From assembly GCA_041650895.1 (NCBI GenBank), contig JBAZKF010000001.1:428132-492131 (forward strand): a stretch of DNA of 64,000 bases, in the 5' to 3' direction. The notes beneath the pieces are model-generated. The model did not search any database. It was not told the DNA's origin and worked only from the letters and a program-made list of their open reading frames with translations. The position numbers and the translations under genes are program-made. Origin of the DNA: Patescibacteria group bacterium. Lineage in GTDB: Bacteria > Patescibacteriota > Patescibacteriia > 2-01-FULL-39-33. Shown piece by piece: positions 55,995 to 64,000 of the stretch (position 1 is the stretch's first letter; every line of letters starts with the position of its first letter).

Positions 55995-56924
55995 ATGCTT
56001 AGAAAACCGCAATTGGCCAGATTTTATATTGACTGGAACGACTTTAACGAGCACAATCTGATGCATCGCATTCTAATCGGCTTGGAAAACATCACTACCA
56101 TTGAAAAATACAAATTGCAGTTCATTGATATTCTACCGACAACGGTCAATGGCTTTTGGCATAACAATCACCATGGTATCAAGCACTCTCTTCTTGTCTA
56201 TAATCGCGCCTTGGAGTTACTAAAGCAATTCCCCTTGTTAAAACGGCATTGTCTGCACATGACTTTTGATGAAACTCCGGAGGGGGGCGAAGAAAAAATT
56301 AAAGCGCTATTAACCTGGGCGGCGGCATTGCATGATTTTGGCAGATGTTTGGGATTTTCTTTTGAAGAACATCAGGAATTCGGCGCTAACTTGGCGAGAT
56401 GCTGTTTCATGGACGATGAAGATGAAGAAGTGGCGATGATGTCTCAGCGATTGTACAACCTGATTGCCAATCACGATTATCTTAAGCCGAAAATAGACGG
56501 CGTGAAATTTCCGGAAATATTCTTCATTGAACCGCTGGCTGAAATATTTCGCTTAGCCGACACAACCTCAATCGCTCCGGCCGAGGAAATGCATCGTTAC
56601 TATCAATCCGGCCGACAATACAAAACTGTTTTTTACGATCCCGACATAACTGATGATGTCCGATTTGATTTTTCCCGCCACAACGGCAAGCGCGATATGG
56701 TTTGTTACGCCTTTAATTTATTCCTGCTCCAACCGCAAGATTTCTTTTATCGGGAAACGGCTGAGGCTTACGCTCAATGGGCCAAAGGAAAGTTTGACGC
56801 TTTCCAGGAATTGATCCGACAAGCACGCGATGAGGAAAACTTAAGCGCCGGACAAATCTTGGAAATCCATGGAATCATCAAACGCGGCCACGAGCATCTG
56901 GGCATTCCTTTCTATTTTGACTGA
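55995..56924 (+). CDS. HD-domain phosphohydrolase-like protein
   Basis: The H...HD pattern (HSLLVYN ... AALHDFGR). Confidence 0.45.
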   Translation: MLRKPQLARFYIDWNDFNEHNLMHRILIGLENITTIEKYKLQFIDILPTTVNGFWHNNHHGIKHSLLVYNRALELLKQFPLLKRHCLHMTFDETPEGGEEKIKALLTWAAALHDFGRCLGFSFEEHQEFGANLARCCFMDDEDEEVAMMSQRLYNLIANHDYLKPKIDGVKFPEIFFIEPLAEIFRLADTTSIAPAEEMHRYYQSGRQYKTVFYDPDITDDVRFDFSRHNGKRDMVCYAFNLFLLQPQDFFYRETAEAYAQWAKGKFDAFQELIRQARDEENLSAGQILEIHGIIKRGHEHLGIPFYFD

Positions 56925-57065
56925 CCGATCCTTAGCACTTTAAAAACTCCGACCTTTGTCGGAGTTTTTTATTTCTAAACGTAACTTTCTCTAGTGGGAT
57001 GTCAAAAAGGGATTGCTTTAATCCCTGAAAAACATTAAAATTAACTTAGCAATCAAGCCAATTCT

Positions 57066-57911
57066 ATGCCTGCATATCCGCAAATCGGCGCGCATATCTC
57101 CGCCGCCATCGACATCGCCCATACTCCCTTGCGCGCCCAAAAAGCCGGCTGCGAATGTTTTCAATTCTTTTCCCGTTCGCCCCAAGGCGGTCCGACCAAA
57201 GATCTGACGAAACAAACGATTACCGATTTTAAAGCTAACTGCCGGAAATACAGGTTGGAAAGTTATATCCATAGCCCTTATTACATTAATCTGGCTTCGG
57301 CCAAAAACAATGTTTATTACGGTTCTGTCAGCGCCCTGCGCGAAGAATTGGAACGCGGTTCGCTTTTGGGCGTCAAATATATGATGGCGCACCTGGGCAG
57401 CGCCAAGGAGTTGGGGGGGGGAGCGGGAATGAAAAAAGTAATTGAAGGATTGGAAAAAATCTTAACCGGCTATAAGGGCCCGACACGACTCTTGATTGAA
57501 ATGTCAGCCGGAGCAGGAGCGGTTATCGGCGACACTTTTGAGGAGATCGCCAAGATTATTGATTCGCCACGGCTCAAAAAATACGACATCGGCGTCTGTT
57601 TTGACACTTGCCACGCCTTCTCTTCCGGCTATGATTTGCGGACGGAAAAGGCGGTTAAAGAAACTTTCAAGAAACTTGATAAAATCCTGGGACTAAAACG
57701 GCTCAAACTCATTCATGCCAATGATTCCAAAACCGAATTAGGCAGTCACAAAGACCGGCACGAACATATCGGCCGAGGCCTCATCGGACTGGAAGGATTT
57801 AGAGCCATCGTCCAATTCGCCAAACAGCAAAAAATTAATTTGATTCTGGAGACGCCTCACGATGAACAACTAGCTGAGGACCTAAAAATTTTAAAAAAAA
57901 TGAGAAAATAA
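57066..57911 (+). CDS. nfo: Endonuclease IV (AP endonuclease, TIM-barrel)
   Basis: IGAHISAA...FQFFSRSPQGG...IHSPYYINLAS...HLGS, all family signatures. Confidence 0.85.
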   Translation: MPAYPQIGAHISAAIDIAHTPLRAQKAGCECFQFFSRSPQGGPTKDLTKQTITDFKANCRKYRLESYIHSPYYINLASAKNNVYYGSVSALREELERGSLLGVKYMMAHLGSAKELGGGAGMKKVIEGLEKILTGYKGPTRLLIEMSAGAGAVIGDTFEEIAKIIDSPRLKKYDIGVCFDTCHAFSSGYDLRTEKAVKETFKKLDKILGLKRLKLIHANDSKTELGSHKDRHEHIGRGLIGLEGFRAIVQFAKQQKINLILETPHDEQLAEDLKILKKMRK

Positions 57912-57934
57912 AAATCCCGCCAACATCAAAAATT

Positions 57935-58435
57935 ATGAAAATCGCCATTATCTCCGACACCCATGACAACGTCGTCAACACGGAAAAATTCCTGTCTTGG
58001 GCGAAAGAAAACAAAATAGAAAAAATCATCCATTGCGGGGACATCGCCGCGCCATCCCTGATTGCGGAATTATTCGGCCCGGCGGGAATTGATTTCCATT
58101 GCGTCTTCGGCAATGTGGCCGACCGCGAGCTGTTGCCGCAAGTCTGCGGAAAATTTGCTAACACCAAATGCTACGGCGACCAGGGAGAAATCAGTATTGA
58201 TAACATCAATATGGCTTTCTGTCATCGGCCGGACGAGGCTAAAGCCTTGGCGACTACCGAGAAATATCAAATGGTTTTTTACGGTCACAATCATAAACCC
58301 TGGATGGAGACGCTGGAAAACGGCTGTCAGCTGGCCAACCCCGGAACTTTGGGCGGATTATTCCAGAAAGCCACTTTCGCGGTACTTGATACGTCGACAA
58401 AAAACATTGAATTAAAAGTCCTGGAACTGCTTTGA
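57935..58435 (+). CDS. YfcE/MJ0936-family metallophosphoesterase
   Basis: MKIAIISDTHDN...HCGDI...GNVD...YGHNHKP motifs. Confidence 0.8.
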   Translation: MKIAIISDTHDNVVNTEKFLSWAKENKIEKIIHCGDIAAPSLIAELFGPAGIDFHCVFGNVADRELLPQVCGKFANTKCYGDQGEISIDNINMAFCHRPDEAKALATTEKYQMVFYGHNHKPWMETLENGCQLANPGTLGGLFQKATFAVLDTSTKNIELKVLELL

Positions 58436-58436
58436 T

Positions 58437-58655
58437 ATGCAAATACTCGTTGAAGTCAAACCTAATAGCAAATGCGAGTCGGTAGAAAAAATAACCGACT
58501 CGATTTATAAAATACGCGTCCGCGCTCCGGCGCAGGAAGGCCAAGCCAACAAAGCGGTAATAAAGGTTTTGGCCGAATATTTCAAGGTGGCCAAAAGTCT
58601 AATCCAAATAAAAACCGGCAAGACCGCTCGAACCAAGGTTATAACTGTCGGCTAG
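58437..58655 (+). CDS. DUF167 (YggU-like, UPF0235) protein
   Basis: VRAPAQEGQANKAVIKVLAEYFKVAKSLIQIKTGKTARTKVI matches the DUF167 consensus. Confidence 0.65.
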   Translation: MQILVEVKPNSKCESVEKITDSIYKIRVRAPAQEGQANKAVIKVLAEYFKVAKSLIQIKTGKTARTKVITVG

Positions 58656-58798
58656 GCCTCACTATAGCCCCTATTTGCCCTCAGGAGTGGTTTGGGGGTA
58701 TAATATTAATAAGCACCACAAAATTCAGTGGCATTAAACAAAGATTAGCTAATTTTAGCTATTTTTTGTTTTAATAAAAAACTTTTTGAACCGAGCTA

Positions 58799-58827
58799 TT
58801 GACTTTGGGCAAAAAATTTGATACAAT
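58799..58827 (+). promoter_or_regulatory. Sigma70-type promoter TTGACT-N17-TGaTACAAT
   Basis: Read directly. Same architecture as the promoters at 50523 and 60788. Confidence 0.5.
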
Positions 58828-58834
58828 AGTCTAT

Positions 58835-59290
58835 TGCGCATGTTGAATTTAATGCTGGAATTTCTGCAGGCACGACAAGCATAGGAATTATGCAGAGGAT
58901 CTTCTCGGCTTTTGGCTCGGAATTTACCTTTGGATATTTTCTTTGTCTGCAGTAACTCCGGCAGTAAATGCGGTTCTGCGGGCCAGCCAAGCTTCGCTTG
59001 GTGTAAGAACATCTTCAAAATTTGTCACCTTCCATTAAACAAAACTTTGAGAAAGTTTTTATTTCGCCGCAACTCTTCTGGAGTCGCGGTTTGCCAGGCG
59101 GGCTGTTCCGGCTAGGCACGACAAGCATGGGAATTCCTTATCAGTTTCGTTTGGGTTTCGACTCGAACAATGCTAATAAGAATTTTCTTGCCTAGCCCAA
59201 TCAGCCCGAGTGGCGCAACTTTTTGGCCCGCGGAACCATGTTTATTGCCAGTCAAGTCCCTCACTTAAGGGGCTTGCTTTTTTTTGTGGT
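58835..59290 (+). ncRNA. ORF-free transcribed region (candidate ncRNA or long structured leader) ending in a hairpin and T-run at about 59255-59290
   Basis: Promoter upstream, terminator downstream, no plausible ORF, and a 21-nt direct repeat ggcacgacaagcat(a/g)ggaatt at 58868 and 59115. No known RNA family recognised. Confidence 0.3.
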
Positions 59291-59358
59291 TATGTTAAAC
59301 TTATCCATCAAGAACATTAAGTACCTTAAAACCAACGTCAAACACGGAGGCAAAAAAA

Positions 59359-59970
59359 ATGAAACTTAAACAGAGACGCTTCTTAAAACAAGGGTACACC
59401 AGATTCGTTGTTCTGATTCCTTGCTTGGGTATCGCCATAAAAATCGCCAAGATTAATCTTTTTAAAGGATTAGATCGCCTCTTCATTGAACCTTGGGAGA
59501 TTAAGGGATATGTCTGGTATTGGTTTAAGTATCAGCTAACCATAGACTCCCAACACGGGGATTCCTTTCGCCATCATTTATTTAGAGGGATTAATGCCAA
59601 CTGGCAAGAATTCCGGTTTTACTTAAAGACTAAGCACCCTCTGCTGCAGCCGACTTATTTTTCTTTTTTTGGTTTATTCAATATCCAAAAAATAGCTTCA
59701 GCGCCGCTAACTACTAAAAGCGTTCCTTACTTTCAGTTTAAGGCACTATCACCAAGAGCAAAGGGGGAACATAATTTTGATAGTCCGGAAAACTTCTGTT
59801 TGGAAAATAACCGCCTGAGAATCCTTGACTATGGCGATATTGACGTGCGAGAAGCTGTTCTGGCGGATGGAGACAGGCTCTCTGACTTTGATCCTGATTG
59901 GGACTATGAGGAATACAAAAAAAGACGGCAGAAACAGCCGCCGGCAGATCAACAAGCACAAGACGCGTAA
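59359..59970 (+). CDS. Hypothetical protein, paralog of 13591-14097
   Basis: RBS ggaggc, the C-terminal LRILDYGD motif and a shared N-terminal hydrophobic segment. Confidence 0.5.
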   Translation: MKLKQRRFLKQGYTRFVVLIPCLGIAIKIAKINLFKGLDRLFIEPWEIKGYVWYWFKYQLTIDSQHGDSFRHHLFRGINANWQEFRFYLKTKHPLLQPTYFSFFGLFNIQKIASAPLTTKSVPYFQFKALSPRAKGEHNFDSPENFCLENNRLRILDYGDIDVREAVLADGDRLSDFDPDWDYEEYKKRRQKQPPADQQAQDA

Positions 59971-59972
59971 AC

Positions 59973-60758
59973 TTACGCGTCTTTTTTCTTTCTCCAAAAT
60001 ATGGCTAAGCCGATTATGATCAGGGCGAGACTGAACACCTGCGGCCAACGAAAACCAAAAATCATGGCCGTGGCATCAAACCGCAAAAACTCCATCACAA
60101 ACCTAATCAAGCCGTAGCCGGCTAGATACAATGCCAAATACTGGCCAGGTTGGAACAGCTTTTTTTTGAAAGAAAAAAACAATAACGAAAATAAACCCAA
60201 ACTCAACAGCGATTCGTACAAAAATAAAGGCTGAAAATACTGGCTAGACAGATACTGCTCCGGCCGTAAGCTCTCCGGTATGGGAATACCCCAAGGCAAA
60301 TTTGTAGGCCGGCCGAATAATTCCTGATTAAACCAATTGCCGAAGCGACCCAACGCCTGACCCAATGGCAGGACTACGGCGCTCAAGTCCAACCACGGCC
60401 AAACCGCCTGCTTTTTTCGCCAGCACCAGAGCGCCAAAACCAGGACCCCACCGATGATAGCGCCATGAATTGCCATTCCTCCCTGCCAGACAGCGATAAT
60501 CTCCTGCGGCTGCCGAGAAAAATAAACCCAATCAACAACCAGCACATCATATAAACGCGCCCCGATAACCGCCCCGATAACCGTCCAAAAAGTCAACTCA
60601 TAAATATCTTCGGATTTATCACCCCGCTGACGCAATAGATAAATCGCTGTAGCCAGGCAAAGCAAGATGGCTAAAGCGATAATCAGGCCGTACCAATAGA
60701 TATTAATAGGGCCAAGAGAGAAAATAATCCTGCTGGGTGTAAAATAGTGGATAAACAT
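59973..60758 (-). CDS. lgt: Prolipoprotein diacylglyceryl transferase
   Basis: YWYGLIIALAIL... and the Lgt signature GRFGNWFNQELFG. Confidence 0.85.
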   Translation of the reverse strand: MFIHYFTPSRIIFSLGPINIYWYGLIIALAILLCLATAIYLLRQRGDKSEDIYELTFWTVIGAVIGARLYDVLVVDWVYFSRQPQEIIAVWQGGMAIHGAIIGGVLVLALWCWRKKQAVWPWLDLSAVVLPLGQALGRFGNWFNQELFGRPTNLPWGIPIPESLRPEQYLSSQYFQPLFLYESLLSLGLFSLLFFSFKKKLFQPGQYLALYLAGYGLIRFVMEFLRFDATAMIFGFRWPQVFSLALIIIGLAIFWRKKKDA

Positions 60759-60787
60759 ATCTTCATTATACTATCCACACCCCCCTA

Positions 60788-60816
60788 TTGACAAAAAAAT
60801 TAAAGTGTGCTATGAT
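60788..60816 (+). promoter_or_regulatory. Sigma70-type promoter TTGACA-N17-TGcTATGAT
   Basis: Read directly, about 90 nt upstream of the small zinc-ribbon ORF. Confidence 0.5.
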
Positions 60817-60906
60817 GATATATTGATGATTCTAGGAGAAGTTCCTTAAATCACTATAATTAATGATGCCACGGATACTGACTCAACAAACCAAGGAGAA
60901 TACCCA

Positions 60907-61050
60907 ATGCCAAAAGAAACGTGCCGGGTTTGCCACGACAATGCCGATAACATTAACGGTGATTTCTGCCCGGAATGCGGGCAACCGTCTACGGTATATA
61001 AAAAATTTATTGAGGGAGAGATGGAACTAAACGGCGAACTTGATCCGTAC
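60907..61050 (+). CDS. Small zinc-ribbon protein (47 aa; CRVCH...CPECG)
   Basis: Manual translation MPKETCRVCHDNADNINGDFCPECGQPSTVYKKFIEGEMELNGELDPY. RBS aaggaga 8 nt upstream. Too short for the ORF track. Confidence 0.5.
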
Positions 61051-61076
61051 TGACAACTGAACGGGAACTGAAGAAA

Positions 61077-61388
61077 ATGCCAAGAAAAAAGCAGTTGCGT
61101 CTTACCAGGCGGCCCGGAAAATCAGCCTTTTGGATTTACTGGAAAGACTGGGAAGCCAGGCAAGGCCGGAGGATTCACCACAAGGGCGAACCACTGGTCA
61201 TCCAAGCTTACAGTGAGAAACAGGCGGTCAGTTTTTATGTGCGGACTTTTCTGCATCAGCACGGGAAGAAAGCCGTGGCTACCGCCGAGAATTACTTCGC
61301 CCGTCTCGTGAGGGGCGGAGCCATTGGGTCGCAAACCGAGTTACAACACAAGACACAAGCAAACAGTCGTAAAACAACAACAGAATAG
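61077..61388 (+). CDS. Hypothetical basic protein (103 aa)
   Basis: ORF only. Confidence 0.35.
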   Translation: MPRKKQLRLTRRPGKSAFWIYWKDWEARQGRRIHHKGEPLVIQAYSEKQAVSFYVRTFLHQHGKKAVATAENYFARLVRGGAIGSQTELQHKTQANSRKTTTE

Positions 61389-61400
61389 GAGGATGGGGTA

Positions 61401-61667
61401 ATGGCAAAAAGATGCTCATCTTGCAACCAACCAGCTGCAGGCTCGCCTAACTTTTGTAGTAATTGTGGCGGAAAAATGATTCCACTGCCAAGATGCGTCT
61501 GCGGGAGAGAATTGTGGCGGAGTGACAATAATTGTGACAGATGTGGCCGTCCCAAAGAGATAGGCCTGCAATTGCGTAAAGATTTGCAGAACGCCCGCGC
61601 CAATAAATTCATCTGGCAATGGATCATCTACCCCCTGATCGGCTGGCCCAGCAATCTGACGATCTGA
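61401..61667 (+). CDS. Zinc-ribbon protein with a C-terminal hydrophobic helix (88 aa)
   Basis: RBS aggagga. CSSCN...CSNCGG...CVCG...CDRCG is a double zinc ribbon, followed by FIWQWIIYPLIGW. Confidence 0.5.
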   Translation: MAKRCSSCNQPAAGSPNFCSNCGGKMIPLPRCVCGRELWRSDNNCDRCGRPKEIGLQLRKDLQNARANKFIWQWIIYPLIGWPSNLTI

Positions 61668-62003
61668 AAATGAACAAGTTCTTTCTTAATCCTCCGCGAA
61701 CGCGTTTCGCGGGGGATTTTACTTTTCTTCATATTTCATTATATTGGATTCAATTAAATGCGAGCATAACAAAATCTTGTGCGACTTTATGCGAGAACGA
61801 CTAGAAAATTTCTGCAAGCAGGGCGTCAGGAAATTTTCAGAAGTGAAGCATAAAGTTTAGCCATGATTTATGCTTCGCTCGCGACTCTTTGGAAATACCT
61901 TTCTCATAGAGAAAGGTATAGTGAAAGGAATTTGAAACTATTTGTTTTATTCAGAATGACGAGATAGCCTGAATTCCTGCCTCCGCGGTGATGGCAGTGG
62001 ATA

Positions 62004-62032
62004 TTGACATTTCTCTTTAAATCATATATAAT
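62004..62032 (+). promoter_or_regulatory. Consensus sigma70-type promoter TTGACA-N17-TATAAT driving rpsO-pnp
   Basis: Exact hexamers and a 17-nt spacer. A GC-rich structured leader (62050-62100: ggtgccggagggccggcaaccccgg) follows. Confidence 0.6.
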
Positions 62033-62144
62033 GAAAACACTAATTATTAAGGCGAATTTCCGGTGCCGGAGGGCCGGCAACCCCGGTTTCTGCCATTTAG
62101 CAGAGCACACAAGTACTGGGAATTACGCGACATAAGTCATCACT

Positions 62145-62507
62145 ATGATCGACAAAAAAAAGAAACAGCAGATTATAAAAAAATTCGCTGTTCATGAGAA
62201 CGACACCGGCTCCTCGGAAGTGCAAATTGCGCTCTTGACCGAAGAGATTAAAAGCTTGACTGAACATTTGAAAGCCCACAAAAAGGACTTTTCCTCCCGC
62301 CGCGGCTTATTGCGCAAGGTGGCCGAGAGACGCAGACTATTGCGTTACCTGGAGAGGGAGAATCCCGCTGGCTTTGATGAATTGGTCAAACGGCTGAAAC
62401 TGAAGATCGCCAAACGCAAAGAGCTGACTTCCAAACTTCTGGAAGATGAGGTCAAAGAAGAGTTGGGCGAGGAGACTAAGACCGAAACGGAAACTGTTGA
62501 AGAATAA
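62145..62507 (+). CDS. rpsO: 30S ribosomal protein S15 with an acidic C-terminal extension
   Basis: HENDTGSSEVQIALLTEEIKSLTEHLKAHKKDFSSRRGLLRKVAERRRLLRYL matches S15. Confidence 0.85.
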   Translation: MIDKKKKQQIIKKFAVHENDTGSSEVQIALLTEEIKSLTEHLKAHKKDFSSRRGLLRKVAERRRLLRYLERENPAGFDELVKRLKLKIAKRKELTSKLLEDEVKEELGEETKTETETVEE

Positions 62508-62689
62508 TTATGATGCGCGGGACGCCGGTTTTTCGGCGCCCCGCGTTTTGTACCAAGTTTGTTTTTTAAAAATTAACTTAACGAGCCGAGACAAGGAGAT
62601 TATTTATTTGAAAGAAAAACTGACTCAGTTAGCCGGCTTTTCCTTCAAATAAATCTCTCTCGGTTCCTAACAAGAAAGGACCGAAACTT

Positions 62690-64000
62690 ATGCTTCCCAA
62701 CAAAAAATTCCAGACCGAATTCGGCGGCAGGACTCTGACTGTAGAACTCGGCAAATTGGCTCACCAATGTAATGGCGCGGCCTTGGTTTCCTATGGTGAA
62801 ACCGTTATCCTGGCCACCGCCGTCATGGGCAAAGAGCCGAGAATGGGCATTGACTTCTTTCCGTTACAAGTTGAAATGGTGGAAAAAATGTATGCGGCTG
62901 GCAAGATCAAGGGCTCCAAGTTCGTCAAACGCGACGGGCGCCCGACCGACAACGCCATTTTGGACGGTCGCATGATTGATCGCGGCATTCGCCCGTTATT
63001 CAATCAGGAAATGCGCCATGAAGTGCAGGTCGCCACTACCGTCTTGTCTTATGATGAAGAAAATTCCGTTGATGTCCTAGCGATTACTGCCGGTTCCCTG
63101 GCGCTGCATATTTCCGACATCCCCTGGCACGGCCCCCTGGTCGGCGTCTGCGTCGGAAGCATTAATAACGAATTAATTCTTAATCCAACTGAAGCCCAGT
63201 TGAAAGAGTCTGATTTCAAACTGGTTTTCTCCGCCGGCTATGACAAAGTATTAATGATTGATGCTGAAGGCAAAGAAATCACCGAGAGCGACATGGCCAA
63301 AGCCATTGATTTCGGACTTAAAGGAATCAAACCGTTATTGGATTTCATCGAAAGTATCAGAAAAGAAATCGGGCTGGAGAAGAAGGACGAGGCCAAGCTG
63401 GTGGAAGCCGCTTGGGCTAATATGGAAGTGACTTTGGCTGAAAAAAAATCCGCCTTTGAAGAAGCCAAAAAATTCTTCGCTCCGCAACTTGACAAATACC
63501 TCTTCAATCAACCCAAGGGCACCAAACGCGAGCGCAAAGCCGTGGCCGAAAAGCTGTTGGATTTGTTTATTGAACAATTGAAGGCTAAGGAGACGCACGA
63601 AGAAGTCATCGCTTATGTTAAAGACAACTTTGATTTATACTTGGAAGATGAAGTGACTAAAGCCATCTTGGACAAGGGCCTAAGAATCGATGGCCGCGGT
63701 ATTACTGATATCAGACCCTTATCCTCTAGTGTCGGCATCTTACCTCGCACTCATGGCACTGGTTTATTCCAACGCGGTGAAACCCAGATCTTGTCTGTCG
63801 TTACTTTGGGCGCGCCCGGCGATGCCCAAATCTTGGATGAAATGACCCAGGATGACACTAAAAAAACCTACATCCACCATTATAGCTCCGCCCCGTTCGC
63901 TTACGGTGAACCGGGTCGCTTCGGTTCGCCCGGACGCCGTGAAATCGGCCATGGCGCTTTGGCCGAAAAAGCCTTGATCCCGGTCTTACCGGACAAGGAA
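62690..64000 (+). CDS. pnp: Polynucleotide phosphorylase, N-terminal part (continues past the window end)
   Basis: MLPNKKFQTEFGGRTLTVELGKLAHQCNGAALVSYGETVILATAV... RNase PH domain 1. The classic rpsO-pnp arrangement. Confidence 0.85.
   Translation, partial: MLPNKKFQTEFGGRTLTVELGKLAHQCNGAALVSYGETVILATAVMGKEPRMGIDFFPLQVEMVEKMYAAGKIKGSKFVKRDGRPTDNAILDGRMIDRGIRPLFNQEMRHEVQVATTVLSYDEENSVDVLAITAGSLALHISDIPWHGPLVGVCVGSINNELILNPTEAQLKESDFKLVFSAGYDKVLMIDAEGKEITESDMAKAIDFGLKGIKPLLDFIESIRKEIGLEKKDEAKLVEAAWANMEVTLAEKKSAFEEAKKFFAPQLDKYLFNQPKGTKRERKAVAEKLLDLFIEQLKAKETHEEVIAYVKDNFDLYLEDEVTKAILDKGLRIDGRGITDIRPLSSSVGILPRTHGTGLFQRGETQILSVVTLGAPGDAQILDEMTQDDTKKTYIHHYSSAPFAYGEPGRFGSPGRREIGHGALAEKALIPVLPDKE

Noticed and set aside
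58868-59135. Possible CRISPR array (21-nt repeat seen twice)
   Set aside because: There are only two copies about 247 nt apart, no repeat-spacer periodicity and no cas genes in the window.
1-64000. rRNA genes
   Set aside because: No stretch resembles conserved 16S/23S/5S segments. The only GC-rich non-coding stretches are short (under 200 nt).

Overview
This 64-kb window reads like a compact, gene-dense bacterial chromosome segment with AT-rich intergenic DNA and many small hypothetical membrane proteins. That style suggests a small-genome or CPR/Patescibacteria-like organism, but this is inference only. Housekeeping genes recognised by sequence motifs: secG, ychF, pspA, deoC, pilT, rnc, nusB, rpmF, a proB-like kinase, cfa, a DEAD-box helicase, ppa, rbfA, infB, folD, nfo, lgt, rpsO and the 5' part of pnp. 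I parsed eight tRNA genes by hand: Lys-CTT, Arg-TCG, Leu-TAA, Gly-GCC, His-GTG, Arg-CCG, Arg-TCT and Cys-GCA. The middle of the window (about 24.3-40.3 kb) looks accessory. It holds (i) a PP2C phosphatase / Hanks-type kinase / vWA cluster interleaved with an isochorismatase-like fusion protein and a NadE-like PP-loop amidotransferase, and (ii) two Fic (HPFx[DE]GNGR) genes. Each Fic gene is associated with a conserved module made of a hairpin, a roughly 95-bp peptide-coding repeat and a palindrome. Two tRNA genes (Arg-TCG and Cys-GCA) sit next to partial direct duplications of themselves, separated by GC-rich inserts that look highly structured and share a CCCTGGACAA core. Also present: four near-consensus sigma70 promoters, a small-hydrophobic-peptide cassette bracketed by duplicated terminator hairpins, two GC-rich single-gene islands, a pair of unannotated paralogs, and a roughly 450-nt ORF-free transcribed region. 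No rRNA and no CRISPR array were found.
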